This document shows positions 17,315-26,466 of a DNA stretch of 44,311 bases, in pieces; the stretch's first letter is position 1; the number at the start of each line of letters is the position of its first letter. The translations under genes and the position numbers were made by a program. This stretch comes from a virus (taxonomy: Duplodnaviria > Caudoviricetes). The stretch is taken from the IMG/VR virus record IMGVR_UViG_3300049009_000357, positions 1 to 44,311 of that record, one strand, 5' to 3'. The notes beneath the pieces were generated by a model. That model ran no database searches, was not told the origin of the DNA, and worked only from the letters and a program-made list of their open reading frames with translations.

Positions 17315-18147
17315 GAGGCCAAACCGCCAGGGCAATACACGCAGGCAGAACGGGCAAGCCTGTGGTTAGAATTTACTCCGAAGCTATGGAGAAGTGGATT
17401 GAATCAGGCGCACCCAAAAGCATGTTAAGCCACGCCAGGATCACTAACGACTACATGAGCGATATTCCGCTACATCTTGCCGTACCTGCCGCGCATCTTA
17501 TGAAATCAAACATGCTACAAACTGGATTATCAGTGCAGACAATCAACCGTAGATTGTCAGTCGTTAGGCGCATATTAAACATGGCTTATAAGGAATGGGA
17601 GTGGCTTTCTGAGCCTCTCGGTACAAAAATAAAGTTGTTCAGTGAGAAGGGAATGGAAAGGGAATTTTATTTGTCCCGGGAAGAAGTGGATCAACTGATC
17701 GGAGAAGTGAAAAACGATGAGGCGCGCAAGGTGATCGTCTTGGCCGCTTACACTGGATTACGACGGGGCGAACTACTGAGCCTGAAGCCCTCGAACTGGC
17801 AACAGCCATACATAGTCTTAAGCAATAAGACGAAGGGAAAGAAGGCTCGGACCATTCCTGTAATAGAAGGGTTTTGGCCTTATGTCAGCCTGCCGTTCAA
17901 GATCACAGAGCAGCAATTGCGAGAACAGTTTGAATCGGCCCGAAACTCTATCGGCAGACCAGATATACGCTTCCATGACTTGCGGCATACATACGCATCC
18001 TGGTTAGCCAAGAATCCGAAGATACCGCTTACGATGATAAGAGACTTATTGGGCCATAGCGGGCTTGCAGTAACCAGCAAGTATTCGCATTTGCGCGGCG
18101 ATACGATGGATATAATTACGGAGACTTTAGGGCAGACTAAGCACTAA
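17197..18147 (+). CDS. int: Tyrosine integrase
   Basis: N-terminal arm-binding-like YKRG..WW; YTGLRRGEL, HDLRH, LLGH, catalytic Y in SKYSH. Confidence 0.95.
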   Translation: MLYKRGDIWWVKYKAKGQQIRHSAGTASKREAQVVERELRGQTARAIHAGRTGKPVVRIYSEAMEKWIESGAPKSMLSHARITNDYMSDIPLHLAVPAAHLMKSNMLQTGLSVQTINRRLSVVRRILNMAYKEWEWLSEPLGTKIKLFSEKGMEREFYLSREEVDQLIGEVKNDEARKVIVLAAYTGLRRGELLSLKPSNWQQPYIVLSNKTKGKKARTIPVIEGFWPYVSLPFKITEQQLREQFESARNSIGRPDIRFHDLRHTYASWLAKNPKIPLTMIRDLLGHSGLAVTSKYSHLRGDTMDIITETLGQTKH

Positions 18148-18321
18148 AGGGTCACATGGAAGGGTCACAAATTGCGGTAAGTTATTGATTTTGTTAAGAT
18201 GCGCACAGGATTTTAAGTCCCTTGTGTCTACCTGTTTCACCACCCGGGCTGGGGTTTTATGCGGGATATAAGGGCTTATTGTCCATCATTCAAACCCGAA
18301 AGGGTCACAAAAAGGGTCACA
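18147..18321. promoter_or_regulatory. attP: attP: four arm-type repeats, IHF site and tRNA-derived core
   Basis: AAGGGTCACA at 18147, 18160, 18300, 18312; IHF consensus match AATCAATAACTTA (minus, 18178-18190); core around TTTTAAG 18211-18217. Confidence 0.9.
18208..18249 (-). tRNA. 5' half of tRNA-Leu(UAA), fragment within attP (not a complete tRNA)
   Basis: GCCCGGGTGGTGAAACAGGTAGACACAAGGGACTTAAAATCC gives acceptor 5' strand, D arm and anticodon arm (TAA); no variable arm, T arm or 3' acceptor strand follows. Confidence 0.85.
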
Positions 18322-18876
18322 ATGAGCGAACTGCTAAACCGTATCGACTTGCGCTTTGATTTCATCCAGCAAATGTTAGCCAATCATACTATCACTGATG
18401 CGGGATGCTGGGAATATGACGGATACCGCGACCCGATGGGATACGGGCGGTTCAAGATATACGTGAGCAACTTTGCGCCAAAGAAAAGGAACTACTACGC
18501 TCAGCGGGTATCCTATGCTTTCCACAATGGCGTTGATCCTGGCGCGTTGCTGGTTTGCCATAAATGCGACAATCCGCCGTGCATTAATCCAGATCATTTA
18601 TTTTTGGGAGATACAAAAGCAAACATGCAGGATATGGTAAGCAAAGGGCGCGCAGCAGATCAGCATGGCGAGAATGGCACGCACATAAAACTAATGGACT
18701 CAGACGTTCTCCAGATCATTAATCAGATCAGGGCCGGAATGACGAACATGGAAATAGCAAGCGCCCTGCCTGTCACGCATTCGCAGGTAAGCTGTATAAG
18801 GCTTGGCAAGTCTCGCAGGCGCTTTACGGAGAGTCTTGACTATAACCCTGAAACATACCGCAGGCGGCCTATATGA
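18322..18876 (+). CDS. Free-standing HNH endonuclease with C-terminal HTH
   Basis: GCWE.....GYG...A.RVSY...VCHKCDNPPCINPDHLFLGDTKAN.QD..KGR. Confidence 0.85.
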   Translation: MSELLNRIDLRFDFIQQMLANHTITDAGCWEYDGYRDPMGYGRFKIYVSNFAPKKRNYYAQRVSYAFHNGVDPGALLVCHKCDNPPCINPDHLFLGDTKANMQDMVSKGRAADQHGENGTHIKLMDSDVLQIINQIRAGMTNMEIASALPVTHSQVSCIRLGKSRRRFTESLDYNPETYRRRPI

Positions 18877-19025
18877 ATCAAATACATACAGGGTTGAATT
18901 ACGGAGATTAAGCGCACGACAAATATTAAAGAAATGCGGAGTACAAGACCAAGCTGATTGCAGTCATACACATGATCAAATGGTAATAGGGATAAGTCAC
19001 ACGCCATAAGCCTGGCAGGAATTCT

Positions 19026-19349
19026 ATGAATCTAATAACCGTGTTCCGCACTTGCATTCCCCCGTGTCCGAAATGTCAAAAGCGCCGCTATCAGATGCGC
19101 ATGGTCTGTCTGTTTATATTCAGCCCCTGGCAGTGGCGCTGGGCCTATCTATTCTGCACAACGACAAAGAACTGCTCTGCCGCATCGGTGTGGCATGCGG
19201 TCGAATGGTCTTACAAGTGCAAGTCGAAGCTTCCTCGCGTCCCGGCTCGTAAATCCGTGATCGAGTATCTAGAGATATTTAATGATCTGCGCGATCCAGC
19301 AACTCGGCGGGCGCTAAAACGGGCGCTCGACAGCTTGGGCAAACGCTGA
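19026..19349 (+). CDS. Hypothetical Cys-rich protein
   Basis: CAGGA RBS, CPKC motif, convergent with tail operon. Confidence 0.4.
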   Translation: MNLITVFRTCIPPCPKCQKRRYQMRMVCLFIFSPWQWRWAYLFCTTTKNCSAASVWHAVEWSYKCKSKLPRVPARKSVIEYLEIFNDLRDPATRRALKRALDSLGKR

Positions 19350-19351
19350 AT

Positions 19352-20011
19352 TTAGATCGTTCGCCACACGCCCGCAGTAAAACAACGATATCGCCTGACG
19401 CCAGCGGCAGCGAGTGCGTTGGCGTCCCGCGCATTGGCGGCGGCGGCATCTATTGCGTCGCCAGTGATCGGCCATATCCACGCAGCGTTTGCGCCAGCGT
19501 TTAAAACTTCCGAATAAGCTCCTACAACAGCAGCTTGAGCGAGCTTGACGCTATCTCCAACGGTTGCAACCGTGGTCAGTCTTGCGCATTGAGTGGTTAA
19601 TGCCGTTGCGCCGACTTGAGTCTGCGTAGCGCTCGCAGTGATGGTGTCGGCTGAGGACATAGCTAAAAAGCCATAGGCAGGCTTCCAGTTCGTGCCATCA
19701 AACCTATACGGCCTTTTTTCATCATCAACCCATACTTCAGCCCCCGACAGCATGGTGAAAAATTGCCACGCGCCCGCGCTTGTCAGCCAAAACGCAATCT
19801 GAGCATCAGCCGACACCCAAGCTCCAGTTGCCGACGCCGGAACGAGATATATATCGCCGTTGACTGGCGAGGCCGGAGGTGCGGTGAGGTCTTTATCCAG
19901 GACGCGGCATAGAACAAAGGCGTCCAGCATGGATATCGCCTCATTATAAGTTACCTCCTTGCGAGCCTGGCCCTCATATAAAAAAGGCAGTGCCAAGTGT
20001 ACAGTCGGCAT
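19352..20011 (-). CDS. DUF2793-family tail fibre/adaptor protein
   Basis: LALPFL..GQA.KEVT.NEA...LD...TAPPASP..GD.YLV...ATGAW...W.F. Confidence 0.8.
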   Translation of the reverse strand: MPTVHLALPFLYEGQARKEVTYNEAISMLDAFVLCRVLDKDLTAPPASPVNGDIYLVPASATGAWVSADAQIAFWLTSAGAWQFFTMLSGAEVWVDDEKRPYRFDGTNWKPAYGFLAMSSADTITASATQTQVGATALTTQCARLTTVATVGDSVKLAQAAVVGAYSEVLNAGANAAWIWPITGDAIDAAAANARDANALAAAGVRRYRCFTAGVWRTI

Positions 20012-20014
20012 AAA

Positions 20015-20254
20015 TTAAACCTCGGCTAATAGTTGCGTGACGGATTCAAGCATTACCGCAGATCGCGCCCGCTGCACTTCAGTTTGTCGAATCAAGTCTT
20101 CCAAAATTTTGTTATGGTCCGCAGCATCCTGGTTGCCGTTTGCTCTGCTCTTTTTCAGCGCCAGCAAATATATTTTAAGATTTAGGTCGTACTCAGAAAC
20201 TTCCTGCGTTCGCCGCTCAACCTCGGCAGTTAAAACTTCTTTATGATTGCTCAT
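20015..20254 (-). CDS. Small coiled-coil protein, possible tail-tip chaperone
   Basis: 79 aa helical; GGAGG RBS; directly after the propeller-bearing tail protein. Confidence 0.55.
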   Translation of the reverse strand: MSNHKEVLTAEVERRTQEVSEYDLNLKIYLLALKKSRANGNQDAADHNKILEDLIRQTEVQRARSAVMLESVTQLLAEV

Positions 20255-20263
20255 GTTGTCCTC

Positions 20264-23200
20264 CTAGAAAAAATCTACATCGTTACCAGTGCCGGCAGGC
20301 AGCGTGGCTGGATTGCTAAATTTGACGCCTATGCCAGTTGCCACATCAAATGGATACGCTGACACATAGGGCGACGTGGTGTGCGCGACCGCAATGGCGC
20401 CGCCTGTTTTCGAGAACTTCACGCCATCGCCGCGACCAGTCGGCAGGGTGGCCGGGTTGCTGTACTTGACGCCGATGCCGGTCACGTCATCCCACGGATA
20501 AACGGCGAAAAACGGCGTACCGATCGAAGCAAATGCCACGGCATCATTATTTGGCGAGAACGCGGCGTCAGTTGCTTGGGTGCCGGGGAACGTTGCGGGG
20601 TTGCTGAATTTAACACCAAAGCCGCCAGCGTCGGTCCACGGATAAATTGCGATATTCGGCGCGCTATCATTACCGACAGCCAGAGTAAGCCCGCTTGGTG
20701 AAAAATCACAGCCAAAAGCCCGCGCTGTCGGGACAGTAGCCGGAGCGCTATATTTAACGCCGAACCCGGTCGTGTCATTCCAGCGTGAAGCAACAATGCG
20801 CTCAGTTCCCTCAGTGCATAAGACAACCGCCCCACCAGTCGGCGAGAAGGCGGTGTCATACCCAGTCGTCGTGCCTAATGTTACTGCGGGATTGCTGAAT
20901 TTAACGCCAAAGCCTGTCGAACTACTGAATGGATAAGCGTGAATATAAGGAGTGCTTGACGAAGCAAGGGCCACAGCATCTCCCGACGCTGCAATAGCAA
21001 CAGCCCTCCCTGCGGTGGGAACCGTCGAAGGATTGCTGTATTTAGAGCCGAACCCTGAAACCCCATTAAACTGATAGCCTTCGAGGAATGGTGTAGTGCC
21101 GCTGACATGTAATATTGCCGCCCCATGTGGCGCAATTGCAACACCAGAACCGCCGCTTGCTGAAAGCACAGACGGGTCTGCAAACTTGACGCCGAAACCA
21201 ATGGCGTCATTCCACGGATAAACACTAATAAACGGGGTTGTCGCATGAGAAATTGCTATAAACGGGTAATAGCCTGGCTCTGTAACGCTGACGGTTGCGT
21301 ATAACAGCCGGCCTCGCCCCATAAGCAGCGAAACTTGCGCGACAGCAATATCAACGGTATAAATTTGAGTTAAAAAATCGACCAGTTGCTGAGCCCTGGT
21401 ATAAATAAAAGTTTCGGTAAGGCTCGTCAGTGTGCGCACCGTCACGCCAGCGGCAAGGATATCCAACTCCAGACTCAGCGCAGCTTCTGACATGGGCGCA
21501 TCTATATAATCAGGCCACGGCGCGCCCTCGCGATCACGGCGCACCACGGTAATGTGCAAATCCTCCTCGTCTACCAGCTCAACGCTCGCGTGGACAGGCG
21601 ACAGCGGCAAAAGGTTCTCGCCTTCATAGGCTAGAGTGGAATTAAACTGCGCACCAAAATCGGCGCCACGACTTACGCCCCTAGTGGTTACTGTTGTCCC
21701 AATTTCCGCTTCCAGCAATTGAATGAACGCATTGTCATCGTCTGTCAACAGCACAAAATAATCACCGACCTCGTGCAGCCCTGTTGCCCACTCTGTGCCG
21801 CGCATACCGCGTATCAGTGTGTCATAAACAAGGGAATCGCCAACTGTCGTGACGTTTTGAAACGCTATTATTTCCCATCGCGTATTTGCGCCGTATGCCA
21901 CCAGAGTTGTCTCATCCAGAAACTGCGTCTCAGTGACACTCGCTGGCGCGGTGCCAGCATACATTTTTACGGTAAGCTCGGAGCCGCGATCAATAAGCAC
22001 ACCGTCATGTTCGAGAAGGGCATTTGCGCACACGCCGAACGTACAAGCTCCGGTATAGCCCGCAATCGGCGTCCAGGTGACATCATTGTCTTTCGTTCGG
22101 TAAAGGTCTCCGCCCCTCCAATTAGTAAACACACTGGCCATGACTGCTGTGAAGCCGGGCATTGTTTCGGCGTCAATTACTGGCAGGTCCATCAGCACAG
22201 TGAATGCCGCGCCAGCAACAGGGATTGTACTCACTGGCGCTGTTCTGGTTGATCCCTTTGCCGTTGATGTGTAAATCGGCACAGAATTCTCTTTTCCATC
22301 GCCCCGAATGCTGCCGTCGGGCATCGTGTTAAGGTTGGTCAGCCTGACCTGATAGGAAGCATCAGGGAATTCCACGGTGATAACGTCGGCAGGCTCAAGG
22401 TGTCGATAGGTCGGTGGCAGCACAAAGCCTGTGAATGTTTTGCGTTCGATCAGAAAAATTGAATGCAGAATATCGGCGCGCTCAGCCCCTTCATCGGGAG
22501 AAAATACGATAGGAATTTCAATCACTAAATCATTATTTGAATCAATCGGCCTCTGAGATATCTGCTCATTAGTCTCATATTCTAGGTCGCGGTCCAGGTA
22601 GCGGAAAATGATCTTGCGCGGTAACTGCGTCGACATTTCTCTGTCTTGGACCCATTGAACCCCAGGCCCAAGGTCCAAGTAAGAAATAGTGGCAACTGAT
22701 GACTGGCCACGCGGAACAACTTTAATCTGATAGCCCGACATAATCACATCGAAGGGCCAGCACCCGCGCAACTGTTCGAGTACGTTTCTGACGCTGCCGC
22801 GCTTGGCTACACGGTGTCCGCGCACTATCTGGCTGACCATTGAAACATCAATATCAGCCTCTTCAACGCCAGCCAGCATTGCGTATTTTTTGAAAATGTA
22901 CTGTAACGTCGTGGAGCCAGGATCAGTGATTGATCCGAGATTGAAGAACTGTACCCCCGTTTCCGGCAGGCTGCCGCCATAGGTGGACACCGCCAACAAG
23001 GTGTCTTTAATCCACATATTTAAGAATTCAGGCTTGTCTGCGCCCGTTATAAAATCCGCAGACGCATCGCCAAGCAATTCTTCCGCCGCATCAATAGTGG
23101 TCTTACGGTAGACGTTGGGGGCGCGGTAATAAACAAAACCGCCCTGATCCATCGCGGTGTTGTCGATGAAATCCTGACCAGTAAAACCAAATGCCGCGAG

Positions 23201-24982
23201 GATAGCTGCGCTGTCATGGTCGGTATAAGTGGTGTAGTCGCCCATCGCAAGCGATCCGATTCGTAGCGTCGGTGTCGTTCCAATGCGTGTAATGACGCAC
23301 AACTCATCGTTAACGACGCCGATGCGAACAATGTGGACCGGATTTGATACGTCCGAAAATTCGTGCGTCGCCGAAAACCCCACGCCATCAACATTAATTT
23401 TATATAGATGGCCAGCGTTGCCGTCAGAATAGCCCCAGTAAAAATTGCCCTGGTAAAAACAGTAATTAGAAATCGGGTTAATAGGGACCGTCGTTGCTGG
23501 TATTTTAAATTCTTTCACAAAGCTCGGCGTTACCAGAGTTACTGAAAACTCCGTCGCATACGGTGATGTGCTGGAAAACATGTCTGACGTTATATCGGGC
23601 CAGTCCAGTATCAGGTCAGAAAACTTTGCGCCGAAGCGAAGAAAACCATAACCGGCGCCCGCGCCATCCTTCCACTGTATGCCGCCAGGTATCTTCCATT
23701 GATTCGCAGCGTCAAATACAAAAGCGGAGTCGATGAACCCTGGGCACCCGTAGTGATTCGCGACTGACAGCACGTCAGTTATGACTTGCCACATCGAGTC
23801 CGCCGCAGTGACAGCCCCGGCGGGGTCGCCGTCGCAGCCATAAATCGCTGACGGATAAAAATATAAGCCAGGCAGATCAAGAATCGGATGGTGATATTCG
23901 CCGCCATCAGCGTCGCCGGTAGGCTTAGAAAATACCGTTACGAAAACAGCAGCATTAATGTCGGACTTGCCTTTTGCAGTGTGCCTAAATGTTTTGCACT
24001 CATAAAATGAGTCAAGGGCATACCTGCTGGGCGTGATATCAGTAATTTTTTCCTTTAGATAACCGCCTGCCCCAGGAATTGAAATGTAATGATATTTATC
24101 AAAATCTTGTGCAGAATTTATGCCGTTGGCTTGATCGTTAACCGTCAGATCATAGCCGACCTGCGTCGCCAGCTTCCAAACGTGCAAGCCCTCCTGGTCC
24201 AGAAAATTGGCATCATATAAATGGACAAGCTCCGCATGCTTGGGCGCCGCCATTTGTGATATAAATTCCAAGCCCGACGACACTGCTCCGCCGGAGGATA
24301 TTTCAGCTTTTACCGCAGCACGGGCGGCGGAATCATTCCAGGGCGAAAGGTCAAGCCCCTTAATAACCAGATAACACAGCCCTGGCCATGCGGACGCATT
24401 CGCGGCGCCTAAATCCGCCAGTATATTCGGGTCTACCGCTTGATCGTCAGTGCCTTTATAAAAAGTTATGAATTCCGCGAAGTCGCCACTGGCAAGCATG
24501 GTCCCGACATCATCATTCGATCTATTCAACACCAGCTTGTCGCCAACCCACAGGCGCAATAATGTCGCGTCGTCGCCTTCGTCCATGAGCGCAAAAGCAA
24601 TGGCGCAATTGAGATAATAGGTATAAGTCGTCGTTTTTATTTTTGATACAGTGAATCCAAGGAGCTTCTTTTTCTGCGTGGTCGAGGTGATAACTTCCTG
24701 TAACTGATTCTCTTGCGCCCAAATTAGATTTCCATAAAGACCCATCGTGCCGTCGATGCGCGGAATGTCCGCGACATTGGACGATGTTTGAACTGACAAA
24801 TCATCAAGACGCGGCCCTACTAGGTCCGGGCCACTTGGCGGCACAAGTATCCCACCGATAGTGGAGCCATAGACAAAGCCCTTAACTGCCCCAGCGGGAC
24901 CGCCGAGAAAAAATCCGAGCGTTGCGCCGATTATCCCGCCGATTAAAGAACCGCCGGATTGACTGCCGTCTTGCGCCGCCAT
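20264..24982 (-). CDS. Central tail-tip/host-specificity protein (RcGTA g15-like) with C-terminal 7-bladed beta-propeller
   Basis: GPRLDDL.VQTS...IPR..G....GNLIW; LPRK...Y.D.D.EY; RG.RGTE...H..GD.FVLL; seven G(F/I)G(V/S)K(F/Y)xxP repeats. Confidence 0.85.
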   Translation of the reverse strand: MAAQDGSQSGGSLIGGIIGATLGFFLGGPAGAVKGFVYGSTIGGILVPPSGPDLVGPRLDDLSVQTSSNVADIPRIDGTMGLYGNLIWAQENQLQEVITSTTQKKKLLGFTVSKIKTTTYTYYLNCAIAFALMDEGDDATLLRLWVGDKLVLNRSNDDVGTMLASGDFAEFITFYKGTDDQAVDPNILADLGAANASAWPGLCYLVIKGLDLSPWNDSAARAAVKAEISSGGAVSSGLEFISQMAAPKHAELVHLYDANFLDQEGLHVWKLATQVGYDLTVNDQANGINSAQDFDKYHYISIPGAGGYLKEKITDITPSRYALDSFYECKTFRHTAKGKSDINAAVFVTVFSKPTGDADGGEYHHPILDLPGLYFYPSAIYGCDGDPAGAVTAADSMWQVITDVLSVANHYGCPGFIDSAFVFDAANQWKIPGGIQWKDGAGAGYGFLRFGAKFSDLILDWPDITSDMFSSTSPYATEFSVTLVTPSFVKEFKIPATTVPINPISNYCFYQGNFYWGYSDGNAGHLYKINVDGVGFSATHEFSDVSNPVHIVRIGVVNDELCVITRIGTTPTLRIGSLAMGDYTTYTDHDSAAILAAFGFTGQDFIDNTAMDQGGFVYYRAPNVYRKTTIDAAEELLGDASADFITGADKPEFLNMWIKDTLLAVSTYGGSLPETGVQFFNLGSITDPGSTTLQYIFKKYAMLAGVEEADIDVSMVSQIVRGHRVAKRGSVRNVLEQLRGCWPFDVIMSGYQIKVVPRGQSSVATISYLDLGPGVQWVQDREMSTQLPRKIIFRYLDRDLEYETNEQISQRPIDSNNDLVIEIPIVFSPDEGAERADILHSIFLIERKTFTGFVLPPTYRHLEPADVITVEFPDASYQVRLTNLNTMPDGSIRGDGKENSVPIYTSTAKGSTRTAPVSTIPVAGAAFTVLMDLPVIDAETMPGFTAVMASVFTNWRGGDLYRTKDNDVTWTPIAGYTGACTFGVCANALLEHDGVLIDRGSELTVKMYAGTAPASVTETQFLDETTLVAYGANTRWEIIAFQNVTTVGDSLVYDTLIRGMRGTEWATGLHEVGDYFVLLTDDDNAFIQLLEAEIGTTVTTRGVSRGADFGAQFNSTLAYEGENLLPLSPVHASVELVDEEDLHITVVRRDREGAPWPDYIDAPMSEAALSLELDILAAGVTVRTLTSLTETFIYTRAQQLVDFLTQIYTVDIAVAQVSLLMGRGRLLYATVSVTEPGYYPFIAISHATTPFISVYPWNDAIGFGVKFADPSVLSASGGSGVAIAPHGAAILHVSGTTPFLEGYQFNGVSGFGSKYSNPSTVPTAGRAVAIAASGDAVALASSSTPYIHAYPFSSSTGFGVKFSNPAVTLGTTTGYDTAFSPTGGAVVLCTEGTERIVASRWNDTTGFGVKYSAPATVPTARAFGCDFSPSGLTLAVGNDSAPNIAIYPWTDAGGFGVKFSNPATFPGTQATDAAFSPNNDAVAFASIGTPFFAVYPWDDVTGIGVKYSNPATLPTGRGDGVKFSKTGGAIAVAHTTSPYVSAYPFDVATGIGVKFSNPATLPAGTGNDVDFF

Positions 24983-25816
24983 CTACAAACCCCCGACTAA
25001 GCGCATAAATCTTTCGCCTGGGGGCTGAAATGCACGACGGCGAGCGATATTATTATATTTAGTAAAACAATCCGCCTGCCGACCCCGACAACCTGGCTGC
25101 ATTATATAAGTGTCCCCAATCTGCGGGAGGAAAGGGAAAGGCTCTGATGTTTCAATTAATCCGCCCGCCAATGTAAAGTCTTTAACGCGCTGAGAAGGGC
25201 ATTCAAAATTGTCGCCACTGGTAAACCAGATTTCCCCATACCCAAAAAAATCATCTGCTTCCGACCGCGCTGAGTCAGAGAAATTATAATTATTGGTCAC
25301 GCCCGTAATGGTCCCCGTCACTTGCAGCGCGACTTTATCCACTTTGCACCCACCGAATTCTTGTCCGCCGAAGCGTAGCGAGCAGGTCGCCGAATAGCTT
25401 TCACCAACTGTCGCGCTCAATAGGTCCAGTAAATTCATAATGGCAACCGTGTACCGATTATCTTCAATGGTGATTTTCCCAAAAACGCCCTTAAATATCG
25501 GCTCTTCATCTTCCACGGGGTTCGCCCAATCTGTAGCAAAAACATAAACGCTGGCCTTGTCGAAAATCCCTGCTTGTATGGTGGCAATGGTGACATTCTC
25601 GGAGAGGCCGATGATGGACGACAAATCGACAGACCCCGGCGACAGCGTTGATCCTGCCTCCACGCCAGAAAACTGATAACCGGAGTCAGATTTATAGGTG
25701 TTGCCGCTGATCAATAGATCATGCGGATATTCCGCCAATCTAATGACGAGCCCGTTCGTGCAGACAATACGCATGCAGTGCAGCACGCGGCTCCAAGTTG
25801 CCACAGTAGTTTTCAT
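24983..25816 (-). CDS. Baseplate hub protein (DUF2163/BR0599-like)
   Basis: C...FG...C.VD, D.FF.YG...FTSG.N, GD.Y...PGC.....C..KY.N. Confidence 0.85.
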   Translation of the reverse strand: MKTTVATWSRVLHCMRIVCTNGLVIRLAEYPHDLLISGNTYKSDSGYQFSGVEAGSTLSPGSVDLSSIIGLSENVTIATIQAGIFDKASVYVFATDWANPVEDEEPIFKGVFGKITIEDNRYTVAIMNLLDLLSATVGESYSATCSLRFGGQEFGGCKVDKVALQVTGTITGVTNNYNFSDSARSEADDFFGYGEIWFTSGDNFECPSQRVKDFTLAGGLIETSEPFPFLPQIGDTYIMQPGCRGRQADCFTKYNNIARRRAFQPPGERFMRLVGGL

Positions 25817-26466
25817 GCGGGGATGTTGCGAACCTCGATCAAATTAATCTGATTGGAAAGAATGTCATAATCAGTCCAGTCCACCCCATCAAGATCAGTT
25901 TCAAACTGCACCGGAATGTCGAAATAACAGCCCGCATATAAGGTGTCGCCGACGCCTAATGCAGTGACCAGGGTAATAATGCCAGTCGAATAACTGACGG
26001 TGTAATGCGTGGTTAATGTCAGCTCTGTCCACGTCGCGCCGTTCAATTTTGCGACCACGACAGTTCCCGCGACAGGTATTTGAATTTTTCGGCGCGGCGC
26101 TGTTGTGCTGGCAGTGTCATACCATCGGGTTATCTGATACGTTTTTGCTACCGCGCTTATTTCAGCGCAAAGCTGGTCGTGTGATGTAGGAGTCCCATTG
26201 AAATCATTGGTCGAATAATCGCCGTGATGCTTGTGCCTGAAAACGTGCATCCTGCCAGCGGCTCGATGATACATAGCCACCGTCGCGTCTAATTGATCTG
26301 CGGTTCTTCTGCCGTCAAACCGCAGCGTAAAGCGGCTTTGAACATAGGGATGCAGAAGTGATGAATAGCGATTAATCAGCGTAGAAGTAACGTCTACCGC
26401 ATAAGCCTCGCTGTACGTTGATCCGAGGTTTGAATTTTCAGCAAGTCGAGCATCAATAAAACTCAT
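25813..26466 (-). CDS. Distal tail protein (DUF2460-like)
   Basis: GR...FR.K...DY, PVAGTVVVA, YTV...TG.IT, AG..FD.PV.F..D; follows tape measure. Confidence 0.8.
   Translation of the reverse strand: MSFIDARLAENSNLGSTYSEAYAVDVTSTLINRYSSLLHPYVQSRFTLRFDGRRTADQLDATVAMYHRAAGRMHVFRHKHHGDYSTNDFNGTPTSHDQLCAEISAVAKTYQITRWYDTASTTAPRRKIQIPVAGTVVVAKLNGATWTELTLTTHYTVSYSTGIITLVTALGVGDTLYAGCYFDIPVQFETDLDGVDWTDYDILSNQINLIEVRNIPA

Noticed and set aside
18208-18249. Functional phage-encoded tRNA-Leu
   Set aside because: No variable arm, T arm or 3' acceptor strand; it is an att core fragment
18147-18321. AAGGGTCACA repeats as a mini-CRISPR or iterons
   Set aside because: Only 10 bp, arranged 2+2 around a core beside an integrase; no cas genes
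18259-18321. Longer N-terminus for the attP-side HNH
   Set aside because: Translates the arm repeats (RVTKRVT); ATG at 18322 is more plausible
20264-21272. Diversity-generating retroelement target or invertible tail cassette
   Set aside because: No reverse transcriptase or invertase; repeats are protein-level and I saw no adenine-specific TR/VR pair
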